A stretch of DNA of 64,000 bases from Laetmonice hystrix (taxonomy: Eukaryota). The stretch is from assembly GCA_965235115.1 (NCBI GenBank), contig OZ249436.1, positions 44,890,001 through 44,954,000 of the forward strand, written 5' to 3'. Under the pieces are notes generated by a model that made no database searches, was not told the DNA's origin, and saw nothing but the letters and a program-made list of their open reading frames with translations. A program made the translations under genes and the position numbers. Positions 11,932 through 23,820 of the stretch are shown piece by piece; the first letter of the stretch is position 1, and every line of letters begins with the position of its first letter.

Positions 11932-12634
11932 CTGAAACACCAAGAGAGAAATACAGGCGACGCTGGTAACGTGGACAGGATGCGTCCGGTGATGGGAATG
12001 GTGGCCTTTAACAGTCCGGACCAATCAATGGATACCGTCACCTGCCTGAGAAAGCTGCCTGAAAGCTTTTCATTCTCAGCCGGCTGTGAATGTTTTGTTA
12101 ATACGACGGGATAGGTGAAAAGGGAAGGGTACAGTTTTCGATCGGTTATTGAAGTCCGGATTTGCTGATGAGTTTTTATTAAAGTGGGGTTTTAAAATAA
12201 AATCATTATGAAATTTTCTTTTGCCTCACTCTGTAATGTAGCCTTAAATAAAAATTGTGTGGCACAGAAAACAAGAAAGAGAATGTTTATTTAACATAAA
12301 AAGACGTTTGAACGAACTAAATTAGTTTAAGGAGTCATGCCAATTTCACAATTTGACAAGTATCTGCTCACGCACGACAACTTTTGTCTGCAGTGACATG
12401 GATTAACGCCCTTTCTAATACACGTAGGCCTTACCCCCAAATACGGGTAAAACCCTTGGCGTATCGGCCCTACACACTCACAAGCCTCGAGGAGTGATTA
12501 GTAAATTTGGCTTCATTTAAACATTACATCCATAAACGGGCTGGCCCTACAATTAGAAAACACCAACAATGATGACATGATCACCAGCCTGAGAAACTTT
12601 TGGTCTCACTAAGGGTGGACTTGAAGGTTATTCC

Positions 12635-12672
<38 letters not shown>
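12635..12672. repeat. (TTG)n microsatellite
   Basis: ~12 copies. Confidence 0.95.
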
Positions 12673-12703
12673 CACTGATCCCTGTCTTACGTCTACGTTC
12701 TAG

Positions 12704-12825
12704 GCGCCCAGCAGAGGAATTGACAGAGTGTGCCGCTGATTGGAGCACCCGACCACAGCAATAGAACGCCCCAGCTATTGTAAACCACAATAAGTGTCTG
12801 TCAGCAGTCCAAGTTAACATCCCTG
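12704..12825 (+). other. Candidate 122-nt non-coding exon
   Basis: CACTGAT...CCTGTCTTACGTCTACGTTCTAG|G acceptor and CTG|GTGAGT donor; stops in all three frames. Confidence 0.4.
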
Positions 12826-13806
12826 GTGAGTGGAAAGGTCATCAGTATGCATGAACCCAACATTACCGCCATCCTATAGGACCTCGGGGCAGCCATTATT
12901 ACATGTGTTAATCCCCAGCTCCAATCGTTCACCAAGCGGGTGGAAATCCATGTCTTAATCCAAGGTTATCTTTCATATATTACGTGATCACCCACCGGAT
13001 GTAATAGTCAGATTAATGTCTCACTGGCACAGCATCTTTATCCCACGATTACTTAGCCAGTACTCACAAGTCCAAGTATTATAGTCACCACTTCATTAAA
13101 CAGATTTATATTGGTCAACATTCAACTGGAATCCGGAAGAATTCAATTGCTTTTGAGTCCATTTGCTTTTATTTTGCTCGTTGGCCTTAAAGACATGAGA
13201 TCACGTCGATTCTCTTTTTGACATTTTCTGACCGGTCCAGGGGCAGGATCTAATTCCTACTGTTTCAATAAATTAAAGAGTGACCAACTCTCCGTGCATG
13301 GCAGCTTCATGACACGTATTCCTTTTGAGACATACGCATGTACTTTTTAGTGTAAGACTAGCTCTGCCTTCTCGGGGAGACCAGTGGTAGACAGCAACAT
13401 TTCGGCGCCAAACTGCACACACTTCTGAACGCCCCTCGTAAAAACTGCTTCTATATTATCGGGGAAAAGAATAACAAGGACGTTTTCTATATCTCGGGCC
13501 TAGTGAGGCGGCCTTCAATGTTTTTATCTGTACACTTATCTCCTTTATGGCAGAGTTAGTTAGTTGTTGTTTGCTGGCCTCACGATCAATACGCCATCTG
13601 GTGGCCACGTCACACATATACATCCAAAGACAAGATCATCGATCAAATAGGATCAGATACGTGCATATTATATCAGGTCTATCAAATATATGTCATCGTA
13701 TAGGGAATAATAAACCAGAATATAAAAATATAAACACATGAGGGAACACAAACTAGAGCTAACATATACGTATATAAGACTCAGAATTAGTGTTGTACAC
13801 GCATAT

Positions 13807-13808
<2 letters not shown>

Positions 13809-13847
<39 letters not shown>

Positions 13848-13860
13848 GAGAGAGAGGGAG
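13809..13860. repeat. (GA)n microsatellite
   Basis: Dinucleotide run. Confidence 0.95.
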
Positions 13861-14607
13861 CTAGTGGGATTATGTTAAAATCCCACTTAATAAGATACAG
13901 CGAACAGTACTTATCAAGCGACAAGTGTACAAATCTATCTTCACATAGTTATGGCATCCTACCACAATGCTATGTATGACAAACCGGAAGTAATGCATTG
14001 AAACCATATCCTAATAATGCGTTGTTTTTATGAATAACTTGCCACTCCAAACTCAGATCAAGTAATCCCCTCGTTTCTCTTTTGGTGTTTCATAGCAAAC
14101 ATACACGTTTCAAACTCCGCATTTTATACCTTTTTCTGACAAAACGCAAAGAATAAAAACCATTTTACTGACTGGATTAAGTGCACAGCCTGATAATGAG
14201 GCTAAATTAAAATCATCTACTGGTCATACAATGATTAAGATTTCTCTTAAGGTCTGTTGTTGTCCACGTTAAGAATATTGACGTGAAGAACATGGCATAT
14301 TTTTTAAATAGATTTTTCTTTACACATTTGACAGAATGGTTCCAAATTGAGATGGATTTATTCAGATGGAGGCTTATAGAAGTATTTGAGTTGTCCACAC
14401 GCCGATGGGGAGGACTATTGCCGTGGATACAACAGGCAATCTAAAGTGTATTGGTGCCAAACTGTTCTTATTGTCTTAGTACAGGTCGGACCAGCACTCT
14501 GTTATATTGAAATAAAGTAATAAGTACAACATTATCTATCTTACGGGGGTGCTTCTTTTTATCCGCCAGTTCGGCAATTTCCTGTTACTGTAACTGACTT
14601 TAGGGTA

Positions 14608-15178
14608 CCACCCTTGACTTCACATACTACTTACTGTTGGTAAGCGCACCACTCCTGACTCTATATACTACTTACTGTTGGTAAGCGCACCACCCCTGAC
14701 TCTATATACTACTTACTGTTGGTAAGCGCACCACCCCTGACTCTATATACTACTTACTGTTGGTAAGCGCACCACCCCTGACTCTATATACTACTTACTG
14801 TTGGTATGCGCGCCACCCCTGACTTTATATACTACTTACTGTTGGTAAGCGCACCACCCCTGACTCTATATACTACTTACTGTTGGTAAGCGCACCACCC
14901 CTGACTCTATATACTACTTACTGTTGGTAAGCGAACCACCCCTGACTCTATATACTACTTACTGTTGGTAAGCGCACCACCCCTGACTCTATATACTACT
15001 TACTGTTGGTAAGCGCACCACCCCTGACTCTATATACTACTTACTGTTGGTATGCGCGCCACCCCTGACTTTATATACTACTTACTGTTGGTATAAGCGC
15101 ACCACCCCTGACTTTATATACTACTTACTGTTTGTACATTCACTCCCCTAACTCCATATACTACTTACTGTGGGTAAG
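14608..15178. repeat. 41-bp minisatellite, ~14 copies
   Basis: ACTACTTACTGTTGGTAAGCGCACCACCCCTGACTCTATAT repeated. Confidence 0.97.
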
Positions 15179-15617
15179 TTGACCGACCGGCGGGCCAAGA
15201 GAAGTTCGGCTCCAGTAATCCCGATAAGATCTTGATCTAGTAGCACTTAGCAGTTCATCCTCCGTGCCATATATGGGTGAAGTACCCCGTTATCAAGTTT
15301 AGTAACCCACTAACGGGTTCACCTCGGAATCGTCAGATTCTTCGTACAAATCAATTCACACGGTCTCCTTGCCAAATGACAAAGCTCACTCGTTGTTTTT
15401 GTAGTTTTTCTCCTAATTACGGGTTGAAGGTTCTGCGAAGATTCCACGAAGATCTGACAGATTTCACAGATCCTGATTTCAGAAAAACCGCGACAAAAGA
15501 AGACGCTAACTAAAAGCGTCTTGTATGATGACGCAGCGGGTGACGACTAGTGGTACGTGCTGGCGTTCGTTCCCCACGTACGGGGGTTTCCCTTCGCTAG
15601 CGACGGGCTTCACTCAC

Positions 15618-15762
15618 ACCGGGCGGCAACAGCGGCCGCGGCGCATTGATCGACCACTAGGCGGCAGCACAAGCGAATGACCTCTGGGGAAAGGTCATCT
15701 GATGCATGTATACCGCCCGGCTCCACGCTCGGGACGGTGCGCAGTTCCTCCTCAGCCACCAT
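15618..15762 (-). other. Candidate CpG-rich first exon
   Basis: ATG at 15762 open to a GTGAGT donor at 15617 (MVAEEELRTVPSVEPGGIHASDDLSPEVIRLCCRLVVDQCAAAAVAAR); GC-box-like CCCCGCCCC motifs just upstream at 15798-15835. Confidence 0.3.
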
Positions 15763-16840
15763 CCGGTCCCCCTGACCCCCCTCCCTGGGCCCCTCCCTCC
15801 CCGCCCCACCCACACTCCCCTCCCTCCCCGCCCCACTCACACTCCCCTCCCGACCCCTCCCCGACTCCTGGACGGATTAACCGGTCAGTGACACCCAACC
15901 TACACTATACATCTTTTGTTATAGGATGCGCTCGGAAGTGTAGAATGGGTCAGGACTATCATTAAAATTGTACGTGATGGGGATCTGCTGCAGTGCTCTG
16001 GCGACTTCACGTTACATTCTAATCGTGTGTGTGCATTTATACAGAGAACGTTTTACTTTTAATCATGCATAAATACTGCAGAGGATACTTAAAGGTAACA
16101 CAAAAACACGATTGTTTCTCTTGTACTCTTCTATCAACCTGGCGGATGTCTAGTTCATAAGCTCTACATTGTAAAGTTGGAGTTTAATAATTATAATCAA
16201 TACTCCGCGATATTGGTAAATGAGACCTACTGATTTATTATAACCTTTAACCTCAACACTCTCCTCAATATTCTGGTCTATATTCATGTTAGTATGTACC
16301 AGAACATCTGAATCCAAAAAAAAACAACATCAAAACAACGCAGCAACACATGACACTTGCCACTCATCAAAATGAGTGGGCAGTGACACGTGTCCCGGTG
16401 GGCGGGACTGAAATAATTGAAATAAAATGTTCTAACTCTGTATATGGCCACCAGCTACCGGCAGGGCACGGAAAAACCAATCACTCACTCACTGTACACT
16501 GCTACTACCTCCACGGTTGTCCATCCTCCTTCTCTCTGTACTATTTTAACATTCAGAAAAATGGTCGCTTTTCTCCATCACTACCGCTGACAATTTTTGA
16601 TCCTCATTCTGCCTGCCACGTTTGAATTCTACATAAATAAATCTAGAACTCAGCATAATTATTATGTTAATGCAACTTTTTCAATAACTCGTCAAATAAA
16701 CGCGCAATACGAGGATTGAAAGCGGATACGTACCGTGCGTGTGTTAACGTGCATGTGATTTCCATGTTAAACTGTCGCGACCATTAAATCGATCTTGATT
16801 AAATAGTTGGAATACCGAAAAAAAGGGGCAGATTGGGTGA

Positions 16841-17655
16841 GCTGGCTCCACACAATATGGAAACGGTGAGCGTCCCGCTGGCTCCACACAATATGGAAAC
16901 GGTGAGCGTCCCGCTGGCTCCACACAATATGGAAACGGCGAGCGTCCCGCTGGCTCCATACAATATGGAAACGCTGCGCGTCCCGCTGGCTCCACACAAT
17001 ATGGAAACGGTGCGCGTCCCGCTGGCCATACAATATGGAAACGGTGAGCGTCCCGCTGGCTCCACACAATATGGAAACGGTGAGCGTCCCGCTGGCTCCA
17101 TACACTATGGAAACGGTGAGCGTCCCGCTGGCTCCACACAATATGGAAACGGTGCGCGTCCCGCTGGCTCCACACAATATGGAAACGGTGAGCGTCCCGC
17201 TGGCTCCATACAATATGGAAACGGTGAGCGTCCCGCTGGCTCCACACAATATGGAAACGGTGAGCGTCCCGCTGGCTCCATACAATATGGAAACGGTGAG
17301 CGTCCCGCTGGCTCCATACAATATGGAAACGGTGAGCGTCCCGCTGGCTCCACACAATATGGAAACGGTGAGCGTCCCGCTGGCTCCATACAATATGGAA
17401 ACGGTGAGCGTCCCGCTGGCTCCACACAATATGGAAACGGTGAGCGTCCCGCTGGCTCCATACAATATGGAAACGGTGAGCGCCCCGCTGGCTCCACACA
17501 ATATGGAAACGGTGAGCGTCCCGCTGGCTCCACACAATATGGAAACGGCGAGCGTCCCGCTGGCTCCATACAATATGGAAACGGTGAGCGTCCCGCTGGC
17601 TCCATACAATATGGAAACGGTGAGCGTCCCGCTGGCTCCACACAATATGGAAACG
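16841..17655. repeat. 36-bp minisatellite, ~22 copies
   Basis: GCTGGCTCCAYACAATATGGAAACGGTGAGCGTCCC repeated. Confidence 0.97.
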
Positions 17656-17711
17656 CCCTCGCCTCGAATATGTCTCTGCCCTTACACAGGCACGTGCATG
17701 TGTTAACCATA

Positions 17712-18738
17712 TCACCATGAGGTAACAGTGTGTCACCATGAGGTAACAGTGTGTCACCATGAGGTAACAGTGTGTCACCATGAGGTAACAGTGTGTCACC
17801 ATGAGGTAACAGTGTGTCACCATGAGGTAACCGTGTGTCACCATGAGGTAACAGTGTGTCACCATGAGGTAACAGTGTGTCACCATGAGGTAACAGTGTG
17901 TCACCATGAGGTAACAGTGTGTCACCATGAGGTAACAGTGTGTCACCATGAGGTAACAGTGTGTCACCATGAGGTAACCGTGTGTCACCATGGGGTAACA
18001 GTGTGTCACCATGAGGTAACCGTATGTCACCATGAAGTAACAGTGTGTCACCATGAGGTAACAGTGTGTCACCATGAGGTAACAGTGTGTCACCATGAGG
18101 TAACAGTGTGTCACCATGAGGTAACCGTGTGTCACCATGAGGTAACAGTGTGTCACCATGAGGTAACAGTGTGTCACCATGAGATAACAGTGTGTCACCA
18201 TGAGGTAACCGTGTGTCACCATGAGGTAACCGTGTGTCACCATGAGGTAAACTTGTGTCACCATGAGGTAACAGTGTGTCACCATGAGGTAACAGTGTGT
18301 CACCATGAGGTAACCGTGTGTCACCATGAGGTAACAGTGTGTCACCATGAGGTAACCGTGTGTCACCATGAGGTAACAGTGTGTCACCATGAGGTAACAG
18401 TGTGTCACCATGAGGTAACCGTGTGTCACCATGAGGTAACAGTGTGTCACCATGAGGTAACAGTGTGTCACAATGAGGTAACAGTGTGTCACCATGAGGT
18501 AACAGTGTGTCACCATGAGGTAACAGTGTGTCACCATGAGGTAACAGTGTGTCACCATGAGGTAACAGTGTGTCACCATGAGGTAACAGTGTGTCACCAT
18601 GAGGTAACAGTGTGTCACCATGAGGTAACCGTGTGTCACCATGAGGTAACAGTGTGTCACCATGAGGTAACAGTGTGTCACCATGAGGTAACAGTGTGTC
18701 ACCATGAGGTAACCGTGTGTCACCATGAGGTAACCGTG
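17712..18738. repeat. 21-bp minisatellite, ~49 copies
   Basis: TCACCATGAGGTAACMGTGTG repeated. Confidence 0.97.
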
Positions 18739-19655
18739 ATGAGGGGAAACGGCCGACAAACTCGAGCTATGCGGACAACGTCCGGTATCGACCTTCTCGA
18801 CCGTTTCCCGGAATGATATAATAAAGTAGATACGTGACATTAAGGCGTCCAGGCACGCACACTGAATACACATCCACTTCGTATACGTGGAGAAAGGAGA
18901 CTACATTTAAAATCATTAGATTTAAGTTTTTATTATTCTATCGCTGCGTGTTCTGTCATCGATAGGCCTATGACCTTATGATGGGAAGGTGATTGTCCTG
19001 GCGCCGGCCATAATTTTTTGATTTAACGGTGGAATTGCACTCTGTTTCTAGAAATGGGTTCATCCTTTAATCTCAAAATCACAGTACAAAAAAGGGAATG
19101 ACACAATCGTATGGACGTCACAAGGACAATGGTCTTTTAGTGGATAGATAGTTGATCTCTGCCAGGATCCCTGATTGTGGGCGCCCTACGATCACAGGGG
19201 TGACAATGTTCTCAGAAAGAGAATATAAAAAGTGAGTTGTATCCTGATTCCATATCAGAGCAGAAACACTAATCACCCGCGCACGGTGCTATCTCCAGGA
19301 AGGCCATGGCCGACTCGGCACGCCGACGATATCCTGCCGCTGTGTTTGACGTCTAGTGGCCAGGTTAAAGAGTTCATCAAATGGAGAAAACACGGCTAAT
19401 TATTCCTCACGCCTGAAGGAGACGTAGCGATGGGGTTGTATGGCTTGGACTCCATTCACTTTGCCGGGTTCCTCTACAGTCTTGGAGTATGCAAGTACAA
19501 AGTACCAGAGTCTATACGGTTCAAAATACGTCTCATCAGTATTCAACGAGTGTCAAATACTAGACCTGAGCATATTGCAGCGTCGGATCTCCTTCGGTCG
19601 CCGAGTTGTAGAGCACCTAGTTACACAGGCAAAAATGTGAACGAGCTGCGAGTTA

Positions 19656-19843
19656 AGGGCCTGATCCACTAAGGCGATTTCCCTTGCGACGGCCATGCGA
19701 TTTTGACATCACCCTTTTATTTTACTGTGATTTTAAGCTTGAAGGATGGAACCCATTTCCTTAAACAGGGAAGGCCAGCCAGGAAATTAAATCAAAAATC
19801 GCATGGCCGTCGCAAGGGAAATCGCCTTAGTGGATCAGGCCCT
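19656..19843. mobile_element. 188-bp MITE with TTA TSD (PIF/Harbinger, Tourist-like)
   Basis: TTA|AGGGCCTGATCCACTAAGGCGATTTCCCTTGCGACGGCCATGCGATTTT ... exact reverse complement|TTA. Confidence 0.92.
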
Positions 19844-21199
19844 TTACATGTGCAGGGACATATCGCACGTGCGGGTTCCTTAAAAGGTACCCGGTATCAT
19901 TGTGGGGCTTCGTTCTATAAGGACATGACAATCTGTAAGAAGTTTGAAAGCAACATCACAGCCACATCTTTGAGAGATTCTAGAGAGGTATCACTCGTTT
20001 ATAGTAACCTGTTTTTCCCAAAGAAACGACTTTCTATACGCTCCCAACGGATTAAAAAAGAGGGGGGGGGGCGGCACAGGGGCCGTTTTAACAAGTCGTG
20101 TCTCCTTGGTTTTGTCATGTTTCCACAGTTATTATAAGAAACATTGACACGCTGCAAACATCAATAGGAAATAGCAGTCTTTTGAAAAGCTTTCATATAC
20201 CATATTCCTAAATTTTACACCTACCAGCCAAGCTACCTTTTAAAACACACTAGACATATTTATGCATACGCACGTCGGTTCATACATACATGCGTGCAGA
20301 CGGCATACGAATCTACAGACATAAATATACGAACACATATGTACTAGGACGAGGGCCCAATACAACCCGGTGTAAACCGATATACTCGTTAACAAAACCC
20401 GTCGGAGTCACAGCCCCCGACTGGGTAGGGATAACTTATCTGTGGGTCTAGGAACTATGTACTTTGTATTTTTGATATACAATCCATTTGAGAACATCTT
20501 TGATACATGAGTCACAAAGAAACTTACATGTCTTCATCGATCATTTGTATAGTAAGGGGTTAATTATCTTGAAGTGTTTACGAGATATTAATCGTCGAAA
20601 AGGTGCTTGACCTTGATTGGCCTCACAAGGTCACTCAATGTATAGGGAAATAGTGACAAATGAAACTCAATATGCCTTCCTACCCCTCGATTATAGTAAG
20701 TACATATGGTTATTTTGAAAGCTTATACAATTTAATCTGAACACAAAATATATTGGCACGCTTGTTGCCCCTCACATGCCTTCTCTTTGAAAGAAATCCA
20801 AACAATTTTGTCGCAGTTTTTCTTCAAATGTGTTTATATCCAAGATGGCCACCAAGCTGCCATCTTGAATGATATCAAAAGTATGTTTTGACCTACCTCA
20901 TCCTGAGACTGTCCCTTCGGGCTGTGGGCTAAAATACACACGCATATATACAAACTACTTCCCATGACCAGTTGTCTGAAATATTTCCTTTTCTCACGGA
21001 ACGGATAAATACTTAATGGCACGATTAGTAGCACTTCCTCGTAACCTGTCACGTTGAATGTAGGCGAGACTCCATTCGGCATGATTCGCTTTGCCATGCA
21101 ATTCAAGATCAAAATGAGCGGTTAAAATGGTGGAGAACAAAGGCGAAAGAGCGGGCCGAGGACCGGGTCATAGATCAGAGGTGGTGGGTCAGATCAGGA

Positions 21200-21620
21200 C
21201 TGTATAAAAGGTTGGATGGCTGGGTTTGAAGGCAACTGAGGGCGATGGGCAGGGCGAGAACGTGTAATGACCTTTTTACTCGCTGGTGTCGGCTGCCGAC
21301 ATGAACGCTTATTACCAACGAGACGACGGGACGTCTGCGGCGCGCGTCGTTTGACGTCACGTCGCGTTGACAGAAGCAGACGAACGTGTGACGTGAGGTC
21401 GGGTCGGGAGAGTTGCGGCCTGGCGGTCGCCGGGTCAGGCTGAACGTCCGCGCGAATTATTGCACGACTAGTGAAGTGACGGACAATCGCTGTAAACGCG
21501 ATTTCCGCACAATATCAGGTAAATAAAAGAGCGACGTAATTGAATCGAACGACGATTTCTTTCACACGGCCACCTCTGCGGACGCGGTCGTCGAATCTAT
21601 ACCGCGAAATTAGGTCCCGT
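21200..21620 (+). promoter_or_regulatory. CpG-rich promoter-like segment
   Basis: TATAAAAG at ~21203, CRE-like TGACGTCA at ~21352, high CpG density, donor-like CAG|GTAAAT at ~21519. Confidence 0.3.
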
Positions 21621-22169
21621 CTGCTGCTTTTTAAAATGGTCACTGGGAAATGTGCCCTACACTGGGACGGTTATAATAAAAGAACGCCCAATGGTCACTG
21701 GTAGGGGGCGGAGGGGTGGAACATATACCCCAGGGATGATGCAGATTGTGCAAAAAATGAGGGTTTTTAAACAAATCTACAAGGGGAAATTTGTTCGGTT
21801 TTGAAAATTAATAAATTATTTGCAGAGAAAAGCCATAACGCCCCCCCCCCCTCCATATCAAACACTTCATTCCTTAAGCTCTGTTGCAATATTCAGGCAT
21901 AGATTTCTAAGTAACGACCTTGCACACATACCTGATTTGCTGCCTCATGAAGCGACCACATTGCAGTTGCAGACAAAAGCCACCTTGATGCACGGCCAGC
22001 TGAGTGAGCATTATTAAAGTTGTGGGGGCCAGTGGTGACCTCTGTGACCTCTGAGAGGGTAAACAGGACACCCGCCGTGTTCTGACTTCAAGTCGGTGAA
22101 CCCCGAATATCACAGTGTGATTCTCTCATTATTTCAGATTTAAATAGCATTGTCTCTGTTTCATGGGAG

Positions 22170-22294
22170 GTAATGGGTGCGGCGACGGGTGCGGTAATGG
22201 GTGCGGCGACGGGTGCGGCGATGGGTGCGGCGATGGGTGCGGTAATGGGTGCGGCGACGGGTGCGGTAATGGGTGCGGTAATGGGTGCGGCGAT
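22170..22294. repeat. 12-bp minisatellite, ~10 copies
   Basis: GGGTGCGGTAAT / GGGTGCGGCGAY units. Confidence 0.95.
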
Positions 22295-22503
22295 GCCTAA
22301 ATCTCTTTTGCACGTGGCACGCTGTAATCTCCTCCTGGCGGTCATTCTCGACAACATCTGTCATTGACTCTGACGCTGTGGACACTGATACACGTTAAAC
22401 TCTAACCATACTGACGTTTATCTCCAGGCATTAAGACTTTCAAAGTCTCATCCAAGTTTTATTATTACTATCCCTTAATGTGGTCATATACTTGGAACCT
22501 TTA

Positions 22504-22745
22504 AGTCCCGTCTACACGGGCAAGTATTCCTTTACATGTTTTGCTTGACGAGGAAAAAGTGCCAGTGTAGAAAGGAAAAAGTGACAACTTTTCCTCATCA
22601 ATTCCCACTCGTTGGAAAGCTGGTTGTGCTAGTTTTTGAACGAGGAAACTGGGCCATGGTCGATGACAACTTGTTGGTAATCTACACGGGCACATCATCC
22701 GTCAAGGAAAGTTGTCAAGGATAACTTGTTCGTGTAGAGGAGGCT
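22504..22745. mobile_element. MITE with TTA TSD
   Basis: TTA|AGTCCCGTCTACACGGGCAAGTATT ... ATAACTTGTTCGTGTAGAGGAGGCT|TTA. Confidence 0.7.
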
Positions 22746-23147
22746 TTAATAAACATTAATGGTAACGCGGAGGTTTACCAGGAGTGAGGTGGCAGGGGAA
22801 GACCAGCCGCACAGAAACATAACTCCCCTCTCTGATCCTCAAACCAAACAAAACATGGTGGATAACGTCAGTGACTGATTGTGTGAATGGTGGGCATAGT
22901 GGTACCTCATCTGGTTACGACAAGAGCTCGTGTAGTCTGCATGTGGTCCAGAGACACGGCGAAATTATCACGCTATTTATCGGGTATACTATAATTATAT
23001 TATCGCGCAAGTTTCATGACTGGGATATCAAAAATTCCTGCCATTGTCCACTGAAAAGGAAACATGGAATTCTGATAAACTAAGGAAAGGTTAAAAAAGA
23101 AAAGAGAAGAAAAATGTGACCTTGTATGCACCATGTAGCATATAGAA

Positions 23148-23380
23148 CATCCAGAATCCTACCGTCATCATCTATTCAGTAACATTGCACTAAGGTAAAA
23201 AATAGTAGAATAAAAAATTCATTTAGATTGGGTGAAGGTTGCATTAATTTTAATCTCTACCCCCACCCCATCCAGAATCCTACCTTCATCATATATTCAG
23301 TAACATTGCACTGAGGTAGAATAAAAAATTCATTCAGATTGGGCGAGGGTTGCATTAATTTTAATCTCTACCCCCACCCC
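23148..23380. repeat. ~115-120-bp direct tandem duplication, 2 copies
   Basis: CATCCAGAATCCTACC...CTACCCCCACCCC occurs twice. Confidence 0.9.
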
Positions 23381-23645
23381 TGCTGATTGCAGCTAACATA
23401 TCAACTATAATCCTTTTTAATCAAAATCTTGCGGTCGGCAATGTTGGCTAGCATGGAGACAACCCAATAATTGAGGTAAGCCTACGTGGGCAGGATGCCG
23501 CTATGCTGGCTACTGCACCCCCGCCCATATTTCTCATATAACATCATAATATTATCCCCACCCCAGGCATCATTATGTTTTGATTGACACACATATTATT
23601 CTAGTAGCTCATCACAAGGAGGCCAACTGTTGTCCTGTCGTACAC

Positions 23646-23814
23646 CTTCTGTTTATTCTCATACGAGCGCCCTGAGTGGTCGGTACACGGCACACAACCC
23701 GCGCCGTGTGGGATCCACCGCTCCGGGGCCCTGCGAGCCGCTCTCCCGCCGGACTGACGCCTACCCAGCCGGGACAAAGCTACCCCAACTGGGACAGCCG
23801 AGCAGGAACCGACT
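23646..23814 (-). other. Candidate GC-rich exon abutting the 48-bp array
   Basis: TGTTTGTGTGATCTAG| acceptor; one open frame VGSCSAVPVGVALSRLGRRQSGGRAARRAPERWIPHGAGCVPCTDHSGRSYENKQK; weak donor AAG|GTGTAC. Confidence 0.25.
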
Positions 23815-23820
23815 CTAGAT

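Noticed and set aside
12581..12820. PolyQ ORF
   Set aside because: Product of the (TTG)n microsatellite.
22088..22385. Ala/Pro-rich, His/Arg-rich or Gly/Ala-rich peptides
   Set aside because: Translations of a 12-bp repeat open in several frames, with no supporting gene structure.
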